From IMG/VR virus record IMGVR_UViG_3300025120_000046, positions 1 through 61,943 of that record: a stretch of 61,943 nt of DNA; one strand, 5' to 3'. Each line of letters starts with the position of its first letter. Position 1 is the stretch's first letter. The notes beneath the pieces are model-generated. The model worked only from the letters and a program-made list of their open reading frames with translations. It was not told where the DNA came from and did not search any database. This DNA comes from a virus (taxonomy: Duplodnaviria > Caudoviricetes). This document shows positions 9,388-21,800 of the stretch, one piece after another. A program made the translations under genes and the position numbers.

Positions 9388-10995
9388 ATGTCGGCATTAG
9401 GAAAATTATTAGTAAAATCTACTACCAGAGCTATAAAAAACACTGCTAAATTTGAATTAGCAGTTGATAACTTAATTGAAAAGTTTTCAGAGGCATGCCC
9501 ACCAAAAAATCAACTGTTACAAATAGTTAAACAAAAGAACCAAATACAGTCTGCATTACAAAATGTATTAGGAGAATTTTCAAGAGTCAATTCAGTAGTT
9601 GATACTACTAAAACAATTGTTACAACTGTAGGAACAGCAGTTAAAGTTATTAAAGCAATTCCACTACCAACATCAGTTCCCCCAGGTGTTGGTATTCCTG
9701 TTAATGTTATTACATTACTAGCTGATTCATTAGATACTTTAGGGGATTTAGTAAAAGGAGCAAAAGCATCTCTTAAAATAGTCCCACCAGTAGCAAAAAC
9801 AATTACTAGTTCAGCTGAAGTTGTATTAACTAAATTATCATCTTTAGATGGAGTTTTAAATGTATGTATTGAAGCATTATTAGATAATTTAGAATGGAAA
9901 GATAATGTAGAATATAATATAGGTAATCATGTTACTTATCAAGGTAATTATTATGCTTCTCAAATTGAACCTAATTTAAATATTCCTCCAATACCTGAAA
10001 CTGTACCTATATCATGGACATTATCAGATGCCGCAAGTGCTTTAAATGAATTAATGAATGAAATAGGAAATGTAGCAGCATCATCAGGAGCTAGTGTTGA
10101 TACTGGGTTAAATGAAGCAGATGATAAATTATTACTTGATAGATTAGATCCAAATTCTAATGATCCTTTATTTTACAAAAAATCAGGCTTTCCGTATAAA
10201 GATTGGAAATTAACAATAGAATATAACCCAAATAATGATTTTACTTTTCCCCAAAGAAGGATTAGAGCTGAAAATGTAAATAAATATGATGGTAATCCTT
10301 TTAAAGGAATAACTGTATATAACATATATGGGAAAAAATATTCATATAGTACTTCAGTAGCTGTATTAATTGATGAGGTTAAATTTGTTATAGAACAATT
10401 AGATACTAACTGGTATAAACAAAATAATCCAGAATATAATTCCTCAGGAACATTTGATCTAAATGCAAACTTTGAATTTAACTATCAAGGAATAGGAGAA
10501 AATACATTAGGTGAAAATATTAGTTCAAATTCAACCTCAAATACTGCCCCATTACCTCCACCAGCACCATTAGTTCCAATTCAATTTATTGCAGAGAATT
10601 TAGAAGAAAATGGAACAGAAACTAAAAAAATAATTCTCCCAACAAATATAAATAATGGGGTTTTAAATGCGATAGCAGGTAAAGTTGTAACTACTAACCC
10701 TTCTCAATCTATAGAAATAGTAGTAGATACAGGAACTAATTTTAGTTTTGGTAGTGGAAATCAAAACCAACCAGCAGAAGCAAGAGTAGAATTTACCCCA
10801 GATATATTGAAATCACTTAATAATTACACCTACCCAGATCTAGCTATAACTTATGCAACAGCATATGATGAAGAATATGTTAGAAGATTTACTTATAATG
10901 AACCTGGGGAATATACATTTAAATTACGAGTATTACATCAATATAGTATCAACACAACCGCAAACGGTAAAACTTATTTGCGATTGGAGCAATAA
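9388..10995 (+). CDS. Virion protein with helical N-terminus, a chitin-binding-type (ChtBD3/CBM5-12-like) motif and an Ig-like C-terminus
   Basis: WKDNVEYNIGNHVTYQGNYYAS motif; C-terminal FTYNEPGEYTFKL (PKD-like). Confidence 0.5.
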   Translation: MSALGKLLVKSTTRAIKNTAKFELAVDNLIEKFSEACPPKNQLLQIVKQKNQIQSALQNVLGEFSRVNSVVDTTKTIVTTVGTAVKVIKAIPLPTSVPPGVGIPVNVITLLADSLDTLGDLVKGAKASLKIVPPVAKTITSSAEVVLTKLSSLDGVLNVCIEALLDNLEWKDNVEYNIGNHVTYQGNYYASQIEPNLNIPPIPETVPISWTLSDAASALNELMNEIGNVAASSGASVDTGLNEADDKLLLDRLDPNSNDPLFYKKSGFPYKDWKLTIEYNPNNDFTFPQRRIRAENVNKYDGNPFKGITVYNIYGKKYSYSTSVAVLIDEVKFVIEQLDTNWYKQNNPEYNSSGTFDLNANFEFNYQGIGENTLGENISSNSTSNTAPLPPPAPLVPIQFIAENLEENGTETKKIILPTNINNGVLNAIAGKVVTTNPSQSIEIVVDTGTNFSFGSGNQNQPAEARVEFTPDILKSLNNYTYPDLAITYATAYDEEYVRRFTYNEPGEYTFKLRVLHQYSINTTANGKTYLRLEQ

Positions 10996-11026
10996 AAATT
11001 AATAAACATAATATTTATAATAAAAA

Positions 11027-11374
11027 ATGAAGTCATCACAATTAAAAACGCTAATTAAAGAAGCGGTAAAAGAAGCAATTCAAGAAGAATTGAAAGAAAT
11101 TTTATTGGAAGCTGTTAAGACTCCTAAAGTTGCAACAATAACATCTGCACCATATCAACCTGTTGTAGAATCAAATATTCCTCAACAACCTCAGATGAGT
11201 GCTGAAGAGAAAAGAGCAGCATATAAAAATATATTAGGTGATACAGCAGCATCCTTTACTACTAATAATGTTCCTCAAGGATTTAGACCTCAAGCAGGTT
11301 ATGATTCAAGTAATGGTACATTACCATCAGGTGAAGTTGATATGTCAATGATAGCAGGATTAATGAAAAAATAA
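11027..11374 (+). CDS. Late hypothetical protein with amphipathic N-terminal leader
   Basis: MKSSQLKTLIKEAVKEAIQEEL; TATTTATA at 11012-11019. Confidence 0.6.
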   Translation: MKSSQLKTLIKEAVKEAIQEELKEILLEAVKTPKVATITSAPYQPVVESNIPQQPQMSAEEKRAAYKNILGDTAASFTTNNVPQGFRPQAGYDSSNGTLPSGEVDMSMIAGLMKK

Positions 11375-11376
11375 TA

Positions 11377-11784
11377 ATGGCAAGAATAATACAGAGTAAA
11401 TACCCAATTGATTCAATCGCTAGAAAAGCGGTAGGGTTTTCTCTTCCTTTTAATGGTCCTGCTGTTTTTAACCCCACATTTACTACTAGAGAACAAACAA
11501 AATCTAATTTAATTAATTATTTATTAACTAATTTAGGTGAAAGAGTATTTAATCCTAATTTTGGAGCTAATTTAAGAGCTTTAGTATTTGAAAATATATT
11601 AGATAGAACTACAGATGAACTTAAAGAAAGAATACAAAATGATATTACTCTTTTTTTCCCACAAGTTACAATTGCCGAAATACAATTTAATAACCAACCA
11701 GATGATAATACAATAAATTTTACTTTAACGTATACTATTCAAAATTTTGGTATAACTGATGAAATAAACATATTACTACAATAA
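11377..11784 (+). CDS. gp25: Baseplate wedge subunit, gp25/GPW family
   Basis: NLINYLLTNLGERVFNPNFGANL signature. Confidence 0.9.
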   Translation: MARIIQSKYPIDSIARKAVGFSLPFNGPAVFNPTFTTREQTKSNLINYLLTNLGERVFNPNFGANLRALVFENILDRTTDELKERIQNDITLFFPQVTIAEIQFNNQPDDNTINFTLTYTIQNFGITDEINILLQ

Positions 11785-13646
11785 TGGCCGATTTAAAAAG
11801 AGACATAAGATATATTGATAGGGATTTTAACCAATTTAGAAATGCTTTAATTAACTATTCTAAAACTTACTTTCCTAACACATACAATGATTTTACAGAT
11901 ACATCTACAGGTATGCTATTTATGGAAATGGCTTCTTATGTAGGTGATGTATTATCATTTTATTTAGATAATCAAATACAAGAAACATTTATTCAAAAAG
12001 CTAGACAGCAAGAAAATTTATACCAAATGGCTTACTTATTAGGTTATGAACCTAAAGTAACAACAGCTGCTAGTGTTGATATTGATTTTTACCAACAAGT
12101 CCCTGCAATTCAAGTAAGCGGAGAATGGGTACCTGATTATGATTATGCTATGATAATTCCAGAAAATACTTCAATAACATCTAATTTAAATGCAACCCAA
12201 CAATTTTTAATTGAAGATGTAATAGATTTTTCGGCATCAGGATCTTTAGATCCAACAACAGTATCAGTATATCAAATATCAGGAACAGATCCAACATATT
12301 ATTTATTAAAAAAGACAAGAAAGGCTATATCAGCTACTATACAAACCCAAGAGTTTACATTTACAGCAGCTGAAAGATTTGATACTAGAACAATACAGGC
12401 ATCTAACATTATAGGCGTATTAGACTGCGTAGATACAGATAACAATACTTGGTATGAAGTACCAAATATGGCGCAAGAAAACGTATTTAATTCCATTAGA
12501 AACACAAATACTAATGACCCAACCTATAATTTAGAAGAAGATGCTCCATACTTATTACAACTAAAACAAGTTCAAAGAAGGTTTGTAACTAGATTTTTAG
12601 ACTCAGGTTCATTACAAATCCAATTTGGAGCAGGTTCAACTAAATCTAATGATGAAAATATTATTCCTAACCCAGATAATGTAGGTTTAGGTTTACCATT
12701 TGAAAGAGATCAATTAACAACAGCTTTTTCACCTTTAAATTTTATATTTACAAATACTTATGGAATTGCTCCTTATAATACAACATTAACATTTAGATAT
12801 TTAACAGGTGGAGGTATTGCTTCAAATGTAGAAGCAGGTGTATTAACGGTTTTAGATGATACTAATTTTAGATTTATAAATCCAAATTTAGCAAACACAG
12901 CTTTAGCAAATCAGATATTTGCTTCTGTATCATCAAATAATCCTTTAGCAGCTGATGGTGGTCAGGATGGAGATACAGTAGAAGAATTAAGATTAAATGC
13001 AGTAGGTAATTTTCAAAACCAATTAAGAGCAGTAACTAAAGAAGATTATTTAATTAGAGCATTATCAATGCCTTCTAATTTAGGCACAATAGCAAAAGCT
13101 TATGCAGTCCCTGCAAAAATAGGAGAATACCAACCCGGTGAATTACCTACAATTTTAGATTTATATGTTTTAACATATGATGCTAATAGTAATTTAAGAA
13201 CAGCTTCAAAATTAATTAAAAGAAATTTAGCAACCTATTTAGCAGAATATAGAATGATTAATGATTCTATTAAATTAAAAGATGCTTTTATTATAAACAT
13301 AGAAGTAGTATTTGATATAATAGTATTACCAAACTTTAATAATAATGAAACTATTACTAAATGTATAGCTTCATTAAGTAATTATTTTAAATTAGATGAT
13401 TGGCAAATTAATCAACCTATAATATTTTCAGATTTATATGTTTTATTAGATAAAGTAGAAGGAGTTCAAACAGTTAAAAATGTATCAGTTAATAATCTAT
13501 CAGGAGAAGCCTTAGGGTATAGTTCTTATGCATATGATATAGCAGGAGCAACTATTAATGATGTAGTTTATCCATCAATAGATCCTATGATTTTTGAAGT
13601 CAAATACCCTAATACTGACATTAAAGGTAGAGTAGTACCATTATAA
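11784..13646 (+). CDS. gp6: Baseplate wedge protein, gp6/baseplate J-like
   Basis: DFNQFRNALINY, SYVGDVLSFYLD, IQFGAG, GGQDGDTVEELR, QLRAVTKEDY. Confidence 0.85.
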   Translation: MADLKRDIRYIDRDFNQFRNALINYSKTYFPNTYNDFTDTSTGMLFMEMASYVGDVLSFYLDNQIQETFIQKARQQENLYQMAYLLGYEPKVTTAASVDIDFYQQVPAIQVSGEWVPDYDYAMIIPENTSITSNLNATQQFLIEDVIDFSASGSLDPTTVSVYQISGTDPTYYLLKKTRKAISATIQTQEFTFTAAERFDTRTIQASNIIGVLDCVDTDNNTWYEVPNMAQENVFNSIRNTNTNDPTYNLEEDAPYLLQLKQVQRRFVTRFLDSGSLQIQFGAGSTKSNDENIIPNPDNVGLGLPFERDQLTTAFSPLNFIFTNTYGIAPYNTTLTFRYLTGGGIASNVEAGVLTVLDDTNFRFINPNLANTALANQIFASVSSNNPLAADGGQDGDTVEELRLNAVGNFQNQLRAVTKEDYLIRALSMPSNLGTIAKAYAVPAKIGEYQPGELPTILDLYVLTYDANSNLRTASKLIKRNLATYLAEYRMINDSIKLKDAFIINIEVVFDIIVLPNFNNNETITKCIASLSNYFKLDDWQINQPIIFSDLYVLLDKVEGVQTVKNVSVNNLSGEALGYSSYAYDIAGATINDVVYPSIDPMIFEVKYPNTDIKGRVVPL

Positions 13647-13656
13647 AATTTAAATT

Positions 13657-14247
13657 ATGCCAACAGGAAATAATACAATACCAAATATAAAACCTCTTCT
13701 AACTAAAGAAGATGGAACAAGGGAAGTAAAATCATTAGCAAATAGCTTTAACCAAACTAATCTAGATTTAGAAAACAAATCTCCTTTAGGAGGTCCTATT
13801 AATACTGATCCTGTTACAATAAATGGTGTTGAATATGGAGGATTCTCAGCTAAATATTCTCCAACAGAACCTTACATACAAGAAGGAAATCAAAAATCAT
13901 CATTAGTAACAGTTGAACCTGGTGGGGATGTTTCAGATTTAGGAACATTAAAAGTAACAGCATTAGATATTGCATCAGATGAAGCAGGGACAAAACAAGG
14001 AGGAACGGGTGGACCAAATAGAACTAATGCTATAAATCAATATAATACAGTTGGAAGTGATGGTACATATCAATTAAAACGATATCCAAGTGAAAAAAAC
14101 AATTTTACTCCCTCTCCAAGTAATGGAACACCATTAAAAAATAGAGAGGGTAAAGACGTTGAAAACCAAACCCTTTCAGCTTATACCCCTGATAACACTT
14201 ATATGGATTATGTTATAGAACAAAAATCAAAACTAGACAAATTATAA
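13657..14247 (+). CDS. Hypothetical virion protein with internal duplication
   Basis: Repeated T.LD...GGP and Y(S/T)P...Y segments. Confidence 0.55.
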   Translation: MPTGNNTIPNIKPLLTKEDGTREVKSLANSFNQTNLDLENKSPLGGPINTDPVTINGVEYGGFSAKYSPTEPYIQEGNQKSSLVTVEPGGDVSDLGTLKVTALDIASDEAGTKQGGTGGPNRTNAINQYNTVGSDGTYQLKRYPSEKNNFTPSPSNGTPLKNREGKDVENQTLSAYTPDNTYMDYVIEQKSKLDKL

Positions 14248-14250
14248 GAT

Positions 14251-15405
14251 ATGGCTATATATAAAATATTTCCTGAAAAAGATGCTACATTATATACTGA
14301 ATTCCCAAACCAAAACACTGGTAGGGATGAAATTTTAGAAGCATCAACATATTTAAAAAATTCACAACCTCAAGTTAGTAGATATCTTGTAAAATTTGCA
14401 ACTAGTGAAATTACAAATGTAATATCATCAAAAATAGGAACTGGGAAATCTGAATGGACAGCATATTTTAGAAATTTCCATGCTGTAGTAACAGGTTTAA
14501 ATTTAGATCAAAAATTAGAATTTTACCCAATATCAGGAAATTGGGGAATGGGAACAGGAAAATATAATGACATCCCAAAAGTTGAAAATGGTACAAGTTG
14601 GAATTGGGTAGATTATTCAGGATCAACTTTATGGCCTACAAGTGGATTTCCAATTTATGTAACAGCTTCCTGGTCTGGTAGTGTAACAGGAGGTGGAAAT
14701 TGGTATACAGGTTCAAATTTATCATCACCTTTAAATGAAGTAACCCAATCTCAAACTTTTACATATTCAGATACAAAAGATATAATAGTAGATGTAAAAA
14801 ATACAGTTGAAACCTGGTATAGTTATTCTTTAAATAATGCTAATGGTTTTGCTAATGAAGGATTTTTAGTAAAAAATACAGGATCTGTAGAATTTATTAA
14901 TACTAAAAATGCAACTACAACTTTTAAATATTTTTCAATTGATACTAATACAATATATCCCCCACAATTAGAATTTAGATGGAATGATTATACGTTTAAC
15001 ACAGGTTCATCTAATAATACTATTTTACCTCAGGTAGAAAGTTTTATTTCTATATACAACAATCAAGGAACTTATTATTCTCAAAGTATACCAAGACTAA
15101 GATTTGCAGCAATGCCAAAATACCCTGATAGAGTATTTTTAACTGCTTCATTATATAATACAAATTATTACCTACCAGAATCCCAGTCATTATATGCTGT
15201 TAAAGATACTGAAACAAATGAATTCGTAATTGATTTTGATAGTGATTATACAAGAATCAGTTCGGATACTACTTCAAGCTTTTTTGATTTATATTGTAAT
15301 GGTTTAGAACCTGAAAGGTATTATACAATTTTAGTAAAAACAACTATAGATGGTACTACTAAAGTTTTTGATGAAAACATAATGTTTAAAGTAGCTAAAG
15401 GATGA
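14251..15405 (+). CDS. Virion structural protein (baseplate region)
   Basis: MAIYKIFPEKDATLY start; beta-rich; context. Confidence 0.6.
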   Translation: MAIYKIFPEKDATLYTEFPNQNTGRDEILEASTYLKNSQPQVSRYLVKFATSEITNVISSKIGTGKSEWTAYFRNFHAVVTGLNLDQKLEFYPISGNWGMGTGKYNDIPKVENGTSWNWVDYSGSTLWPTSGFPIYVTASWSGSVTGGGNWYTGSNLSSPLNEVTQSQTFTYSDTKDIIVDVKNTVETWYSYSLNNANGFANEGFLVKNTGSVEFINTKNATTTFKYFSIDTNTIYPPQLEFRWNDYTFNTGSSNNTILPQVESFISIYNNQGTYYSQSIPRLRFAAMPKYPDRVFLTASLYNTNYYLPESQSLYAVKDTETNEFVIDFDSDYTRISSDTTSSFFDLYCNGLEPERYYTILVKTTIDGTTKVFDENIMFKVAKG

Positions 15406-15806
15406 GTACAAATAAAAATATAAATTTAAAAAGACAAGTATTTGATAAAGCTAAATTTAATGAGACAGTTAATACTAACTTTACTCAATTAAAATCTGAA
15501 TTAGATCCTCAATTTTTTGATTTAAGTTTGGCTACATTAGATGATTTTTGGAGCTTATATGAAAAGTTTTTTTATGATATTCCTAAAGATGGTGATATAA
15601 ATTCACATTTATATTTAGTAAAAACTAGTGGTGAATATATTAATTATACCCCTCAAAAAGAAGAAATTGAAGCATTGTTAGAAGAAATAGCAGAATTAAG
15701 AACAGAAAATCTAGAAGTAAGACAAGAAATAGCAGAAGTTATAGCTAATTTCAATTCAAATTCAGCATCAGCTGAAGCAATAGATAGTCAAACTCAAGCT
15801 GGTTAA
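15402..15806 (+). CDS. Hypothetical protein with C-terminal coiled coil
   Basis: Overlapping operonic ORF. Confidence 0.55.
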   Translation: MSTNKNINLKRQVFDKAKFNETVNTNFTQLKSELDPQFFDLSLATLDDFWSLYEKFFYDIPKDGDINSHLYLVKTSGEYINYTPQKEEIEALLEEIAELRTENLEVRQEIAEVIANFNSNSASAEAIDSQTQAG

Positions 15807-15819
15807 AATAAAGAATTGG

Positions 15820-18800
15820 ATGAAATATAATGAGTCTTTAAGAAAAGAAAAAAGCAGAAAAGAGAAAGAAATTGAACTAGGTTATTCTCCTATAATGGTA
15901 ACCACATCTTCAATTGAACTATCTAATCCAGTTCAACAACTGGAAGTATCAGATGTTACTAATAATAATGAAAATATTATTCCTGTTAGTGCTTCTTGTA
16001 CACCCGTTAATCCTAGTACTTTATCAAGTGATGGTTTTGAATTACAAGACCAAGAAATAATACCGAGTGAAAATATTACAGGTTCATTTACACCAGGAAA
16101 AAATCTAGTAGAATTTTTTGTATATGATGCTGATAAAAATTTATCAAGTGTTAATTATAATTTTACAAATTGGACCACAGGTAAAGAACCAGGTAATGAA
16201 TTACTATCAGGATCAGTTGAAGAACCTCCAACATCATCTATAACAAATGCTATTTCATTAGACCCAGCATTAAATGCTTATAATTTAGGATTTGACACAG
16301 GGCAAGTATTTACATCATATAATTTTGTAAATTATGAATTAGGGTCAAGTATTGAAGAAACGTTTTATATATCTGAAATATCCGGAGATAGAACAGAAAT
16401 AGCTATTAAATCTAATTTTATATCTTCTTCTGTTGCACTTTCAGGATATCTATCTTTAAAAAATCAACTAGAAACAGCAACTAATTTTGATGAGTTCTAT
16501 ATTAGTTTATTTAATAATGATTATCAAATAGCTATTAATATAGATATTATTTCTGAAGATACTGACGATCCTACTATCTTAATTAAATTATATGATGCTT
16601 TACCACCCCAATTTAGTACAAAAGATGAACTATATGTTGTAACTAAAGTAGGTGAAAGTGTAGCTTATAAAATTAATTTTGTTGAAGATGTACAATTATT
16701 TATTGATAATGCTAATTATATTAAAGGGCCTAATATTAATATTTCATTACAAGATTTAGTTAATAACTCAACAACATTAAAATCAAGAGAAGATTTATTA
16801 AATACTAATGCAACATCTTCTTTAAATAATGTTTTAAATATTTTAAATCAAAAAGGTGTAGCAATTACTCCTAATTATTCATATAACACCTATAGTGAAT
16901 TTGTTAATTTTTCATCAGCAAAAGAAAGAGTTAATAATTTTTACGAAAAAGTATCTCAAATCCAAGCATATGAAGCTGATATAACTTCAATACAAACAAC
17001 AGTAGCAAGTAATCCAGGAGTATCAGCAATATCCCAAAGTTTAGCTAGTTTGCAAACTAATATAACTAATCTAATTGAAAATTTTGATGGATATGAAACT
17101 TATTTATATTATAATACTTCTTCTTTATATGCTTACCCTAAAAATACAGGTTCAGGCACGTCTTATCCTTATGATTTATTATCTACAAGTTCAGCTGAAG
17201 TATTAACATGGTTAGGTAGTGATGTTGAAAATAATCAATATTATGGAGGAATAATTAATTCAGCATCTATATATGATGAAAATAACCAAAATTGGTTATA
17301 TTATACTATACCTCAATACATTATAGATAACTCAGATAATGTAAATTATCTAACATTTGCTAATATGGTAGGCCAATCCTTTGATGAAGTTTGGATTTAT
17401 ACTAAAGCATTAAGTGAAAGATATAATACTACAAATGATCCTGATTCTGGTTTACCTTTAGATTTAGCTGCTGATGCTATTGAAGGTTTAGGATTTCAAA
17501 CTTTTGGTAATAATTATGATAATCAAGATAATTTTATAGGTTTAGCAGGTTATAATGATGGTGTTTATACCCCGCCAACTGGAAGTGAATTAATTACTAA
17601 ATATATAGCAGTTAATAGTGGTTCTATCATTAATTATTGGGACCCAGAATATTCATTTGCTGATTATGTTGAATCCGTTACTGAAGCAGCATTTCCTTAT
17701 GCTATTGATAAAGTAAGTAAAGAAATTTATAAACGTCTTTACCATAATATGGCTTACCTTACTAAAAAGAAAGGTACTATATCTGGCTTAAGACAATTAA
17801 TTAATATTTGGGGTATTCCTAATACTATACTTCGAATTAATGAGTTTGGAGGTAAAAATAGAGATAACAGTAATGATTATGATTTATGGTATAATAGATT
17901 TAGTTATGCTTATACACCTGTAGCAACACAATATTTAGCAAGTTCCTCTATTTTAGTACCATGGCAACCTTTATATAGAAATTATTTAACTGACATAAAT
18001 GAAGCAGGAGATAATGAATTTATAGTACCAGATGGTGTAGGTGTTAGATTTAAAACTACAGGTTTCCCATCTTCTAGTTATGCTGGTACTTTTTATAGTC
18101 AATCAATTTTAGCTAAAAAATCTAATACTACTAAAAATAGTGCTGTTGATTGGGCTATATCACTACAATATGATAATCAACCATCAGGTTCATATAGTGG
18201 ATCTAGTTTTAGTGATTATTATGAATATGGAAATTTATCGTTCTTTTTATCAGGTTCTGAAAGTGAAGGTGGTACAATCCAATCAGAAAAAATATACTTA
18301 CCTTTCTTTAATAGAGGGTGGTGGACAGTTTTATTACAGAGAGATACCCATGCTTCAGCTAGTAATAATTCTGCGGATGTAACATATACTCTATACGCAG
18401 CTAATAATCAATATAATGGAGCGGATGGTAATACTATAGGGTGGACAGGATCAGTAAGTGTAAGTCTTAATACTCCAGGAGCTTCACAATCATTAAATGA
18501 ATCTTGGAATAAATTCTCTACAGGAGTAAATGATGGTGTTTATATAGGTGGTTATGTATCAGGATCAAATGTAGGTGTTGTAAAAAGTGGATCTGGGGGT
18601 ACAAATGGATTCCAAGCAATAACTAATGGTGCTGGTAAAATATTTTCTGGATCATTTCAAGAATTTAGATATTATTCTCATGCAATTGGTGAAGAGGTAT
18701 TTTATGATTTTGTAATGAACCCTGAATCAGTTGAGGGTAATTCAATTACAGGATCACAATCATCATTTGATATAGTTAATTTTAGAGCACCTTTAGGGAA

Positions 18801-21800
18801 TGAATTAGAGCAATTATATACATCCTCAGGAAGTAATTATTATGTAACAGAAATATCTTCATCACACCCAGCAGTAACAGGATCAGCACCATCTGTAATA
18901 ACGGCTTCATTTATAAACCCAGCAGATTTTTCATTAACATCTAGTTATGATTGGATAGTATATGATAATACAAGTACTAGAACTTATAGTAAACCTAATT
19001 ATGAGGTTTATCAATTAGATCAACCAGCAATAGGAATTAGAAATAGGGTATCAAATAAAATACAGGATGAAAGTGGAGATGCTTATGGGAATGTTTTATC
19101 AACCCAAATAAGTATAGATCAAAACTATTTAATAAGTCAAAGTTACACTGAAGACACAAATAATTTAGAAGTAGGATTTTCACCTCAAGATGAGGTAAAT
19201 GATGATATTATAGCTACATATGGTTATGGAGTAATTTCTGATGCTATTGCAGATCCAAGATTTGTAACATCATCAGATTCATATTATCCAAAATTAAGAG
19301 AAACAGCAGAAGATTATTTCAAAAAATATACTGAAGGTAATGTTTGGGATTATTTAAGATTAATAAAATATTTTGATAATTCATTATTCAAAGCAATTAA
19401 ATCATATGTACCTGCTCGTACTAGTGTAACTACAGGTGTTATAATTAAACAACATATGTTGGAGCGTAATCGTCGCCCAGCTATACAAATAACGCCTAAT
19501 ACTACAATAGCTTTTAGTACTAGTGGTTCATTTGTTACTCAATCTACAGACACAGGAGCTACATATGGATTTGGTTTATATGGAGTAGCTAATTATGGTA
19601 CTGAAGGAGAAATTGCAAGGTGGGGTGCTAATACTTTAAATGTACATAATGTGTTCCAAAATTTAGAATTAAATGCTAATATACCTTTAGGCTCTTACTC
19701 AGGAACTATTCAAACATTTACAGGAGGACATGCATTTAAATCTCCACCAGTAGATTTTACACATTTTACTTCAAGTGGTGCGGTTTCAATTACGGGTTCA
19801 ACATCTTTAATTCCTTTATCAAATTCAGGATCTTTTTTCTATAGTTCTTCAGTAGCTACAGAACCTTCTACTGAATTAGATTTATTTAATTTTATACAAG
19901 CTGGATTCCAAATGACTGGCTCTGCAACTAGAATTACAATGGATCTTAATAATACTTACATTCAATCACCTAATGATGCTGAAGAATACAATCCAGGTTC
20001 TTGTTTTATAGAAACAACAAAACACATAAAATCTAAAGTCCAATGGAATCTTAGCAGAGTAGCAGATGGGAGTGATCCAGCATTAAAATTTCAAATAACT
20101 TCAAGTGAAAGAGGTGTAATATTTAATAGAACATTAACAACAGTGGGTAATGTTTCTACAATTGAGTATACATCTTCATATATGGAATTTTTCCCTGGGG
20201 AGCAATTGTATTTTAATTTTATTGGGGGTGATCAAGGCCAAGTTTATACAAATACATTCCTTAGATTTGGTGATTTAAAGGATGAAAATTCAGGGAGTAT
20301 AGGTAAATTTATAGGAGATTCTGTTTCACAACAAGGATATTTTGAAAAAAATGAAACAATATCAGGTAGTGTATTAGAATGGAATGGAACTCAAGAACAA
20401 CTTTATAATGGAGAATATAGTGGTAGTGTAATAACAGCAACTACCCAATCATTATTAAATAATCCATTTGCACTTGCCCCACCACCAGATACAACTTACC
20501 ACTTAATAATAGATCAAGACAATGGATTAGCAGATCCAATCTCAACTACTGAACTGTTTGGGATGAGGATGTTAATATTTGAATATGACTCAGCTCAATC
20601 AGCAATGGAACAAATTGAAACGGATTTTGCTCCTTATTTAAGTACAGAGTATACAGGAGCAATAGCTATTAAACAAGCAGACTTAACAGGAGTAAATCAT
20701 TTTATATATGCTATGGTAATGCCTATGAGGGTAATTAGAAATCCTTCATCTCCATCAAGTGCAGATTTAGCATTAGTAAATGGAGAATTTAGATCAGATT
20801 TATCAGTGCCCTTTCCAAATATCTCTCCAGATGAAAATATGGCGTATTCAACTTGGACTCAACCAGTTTATGATACTGCTACTAATACATTCGAATATGG
20901 TTTTAACCAAATTAACCCACTTATAAAATGGTCTCAAATGCCTGTTACAACAGGTGGTTGGGAGTTTCTCGATACAGGGTTATTAGGAAATTTAAATTCA
21001 GGTATACTTCACTCAGGGTATTTTGGAAGAACTCGTATTGTGGAAAGATATTTTGGTAGTCCTTCAGGTCTAAAAACTAATCCTCCTGCAGGAACAGAAA
21101 AATTTGTAATGTATAAATTTCCGGGTGCAGAATCTAATAAAGGTAGACCAATAAGATTAGCTGAAGTAGGTACTGGAACAGCACCAGGAAATGCAGGTAC
21201 TCCTACTAGTTTTAGAAATCTTGTTAGTAATGGTACGGGGACTGAAAAAGGAGTTGCATTAACATTTAATTATAGTAAATTTGCTACTAAACAACAAAAC
21301 TTCTTAAATACAATTGCAACTGCATCTTATGGACCAGGAACAGGTAGTTTATTTTTATTGGGAACATCTTTTACATCATCTTATTTCCATGATATTGGAA
21401 ATTGGGTACCATCAGCATTAGTATTTAATAAAAATAGTATAGATTCTCAAGGAAATCTTATTAATAATGAAAGTACATTGTTAAATGAAAATGTTGATTT
21501 TGCATTTAATTTAAATGTTAGTCAAAGTGGTAGACCATTTTTAGATAGTACAAATGTTTTGGGAAGTAGATTTGTACAAAGTTTAAATCAATTAAATGGT
21601 GTAATATCATCTAATGATAATTCAATGATTGGTTATTCATATGTTGCAAATTCAATGGGTGTGAATGGTACTAGAGTATTAAGTGGGTCAGCAGCTGGAT
21701 ATGTTTCAACTGCTGTAAGTTCTATGAATTTAGATGACGATGGTGGTGGATTCTCAGTAGGACAAACTTACACAACAATAAATAATAATACAGGAGTAGA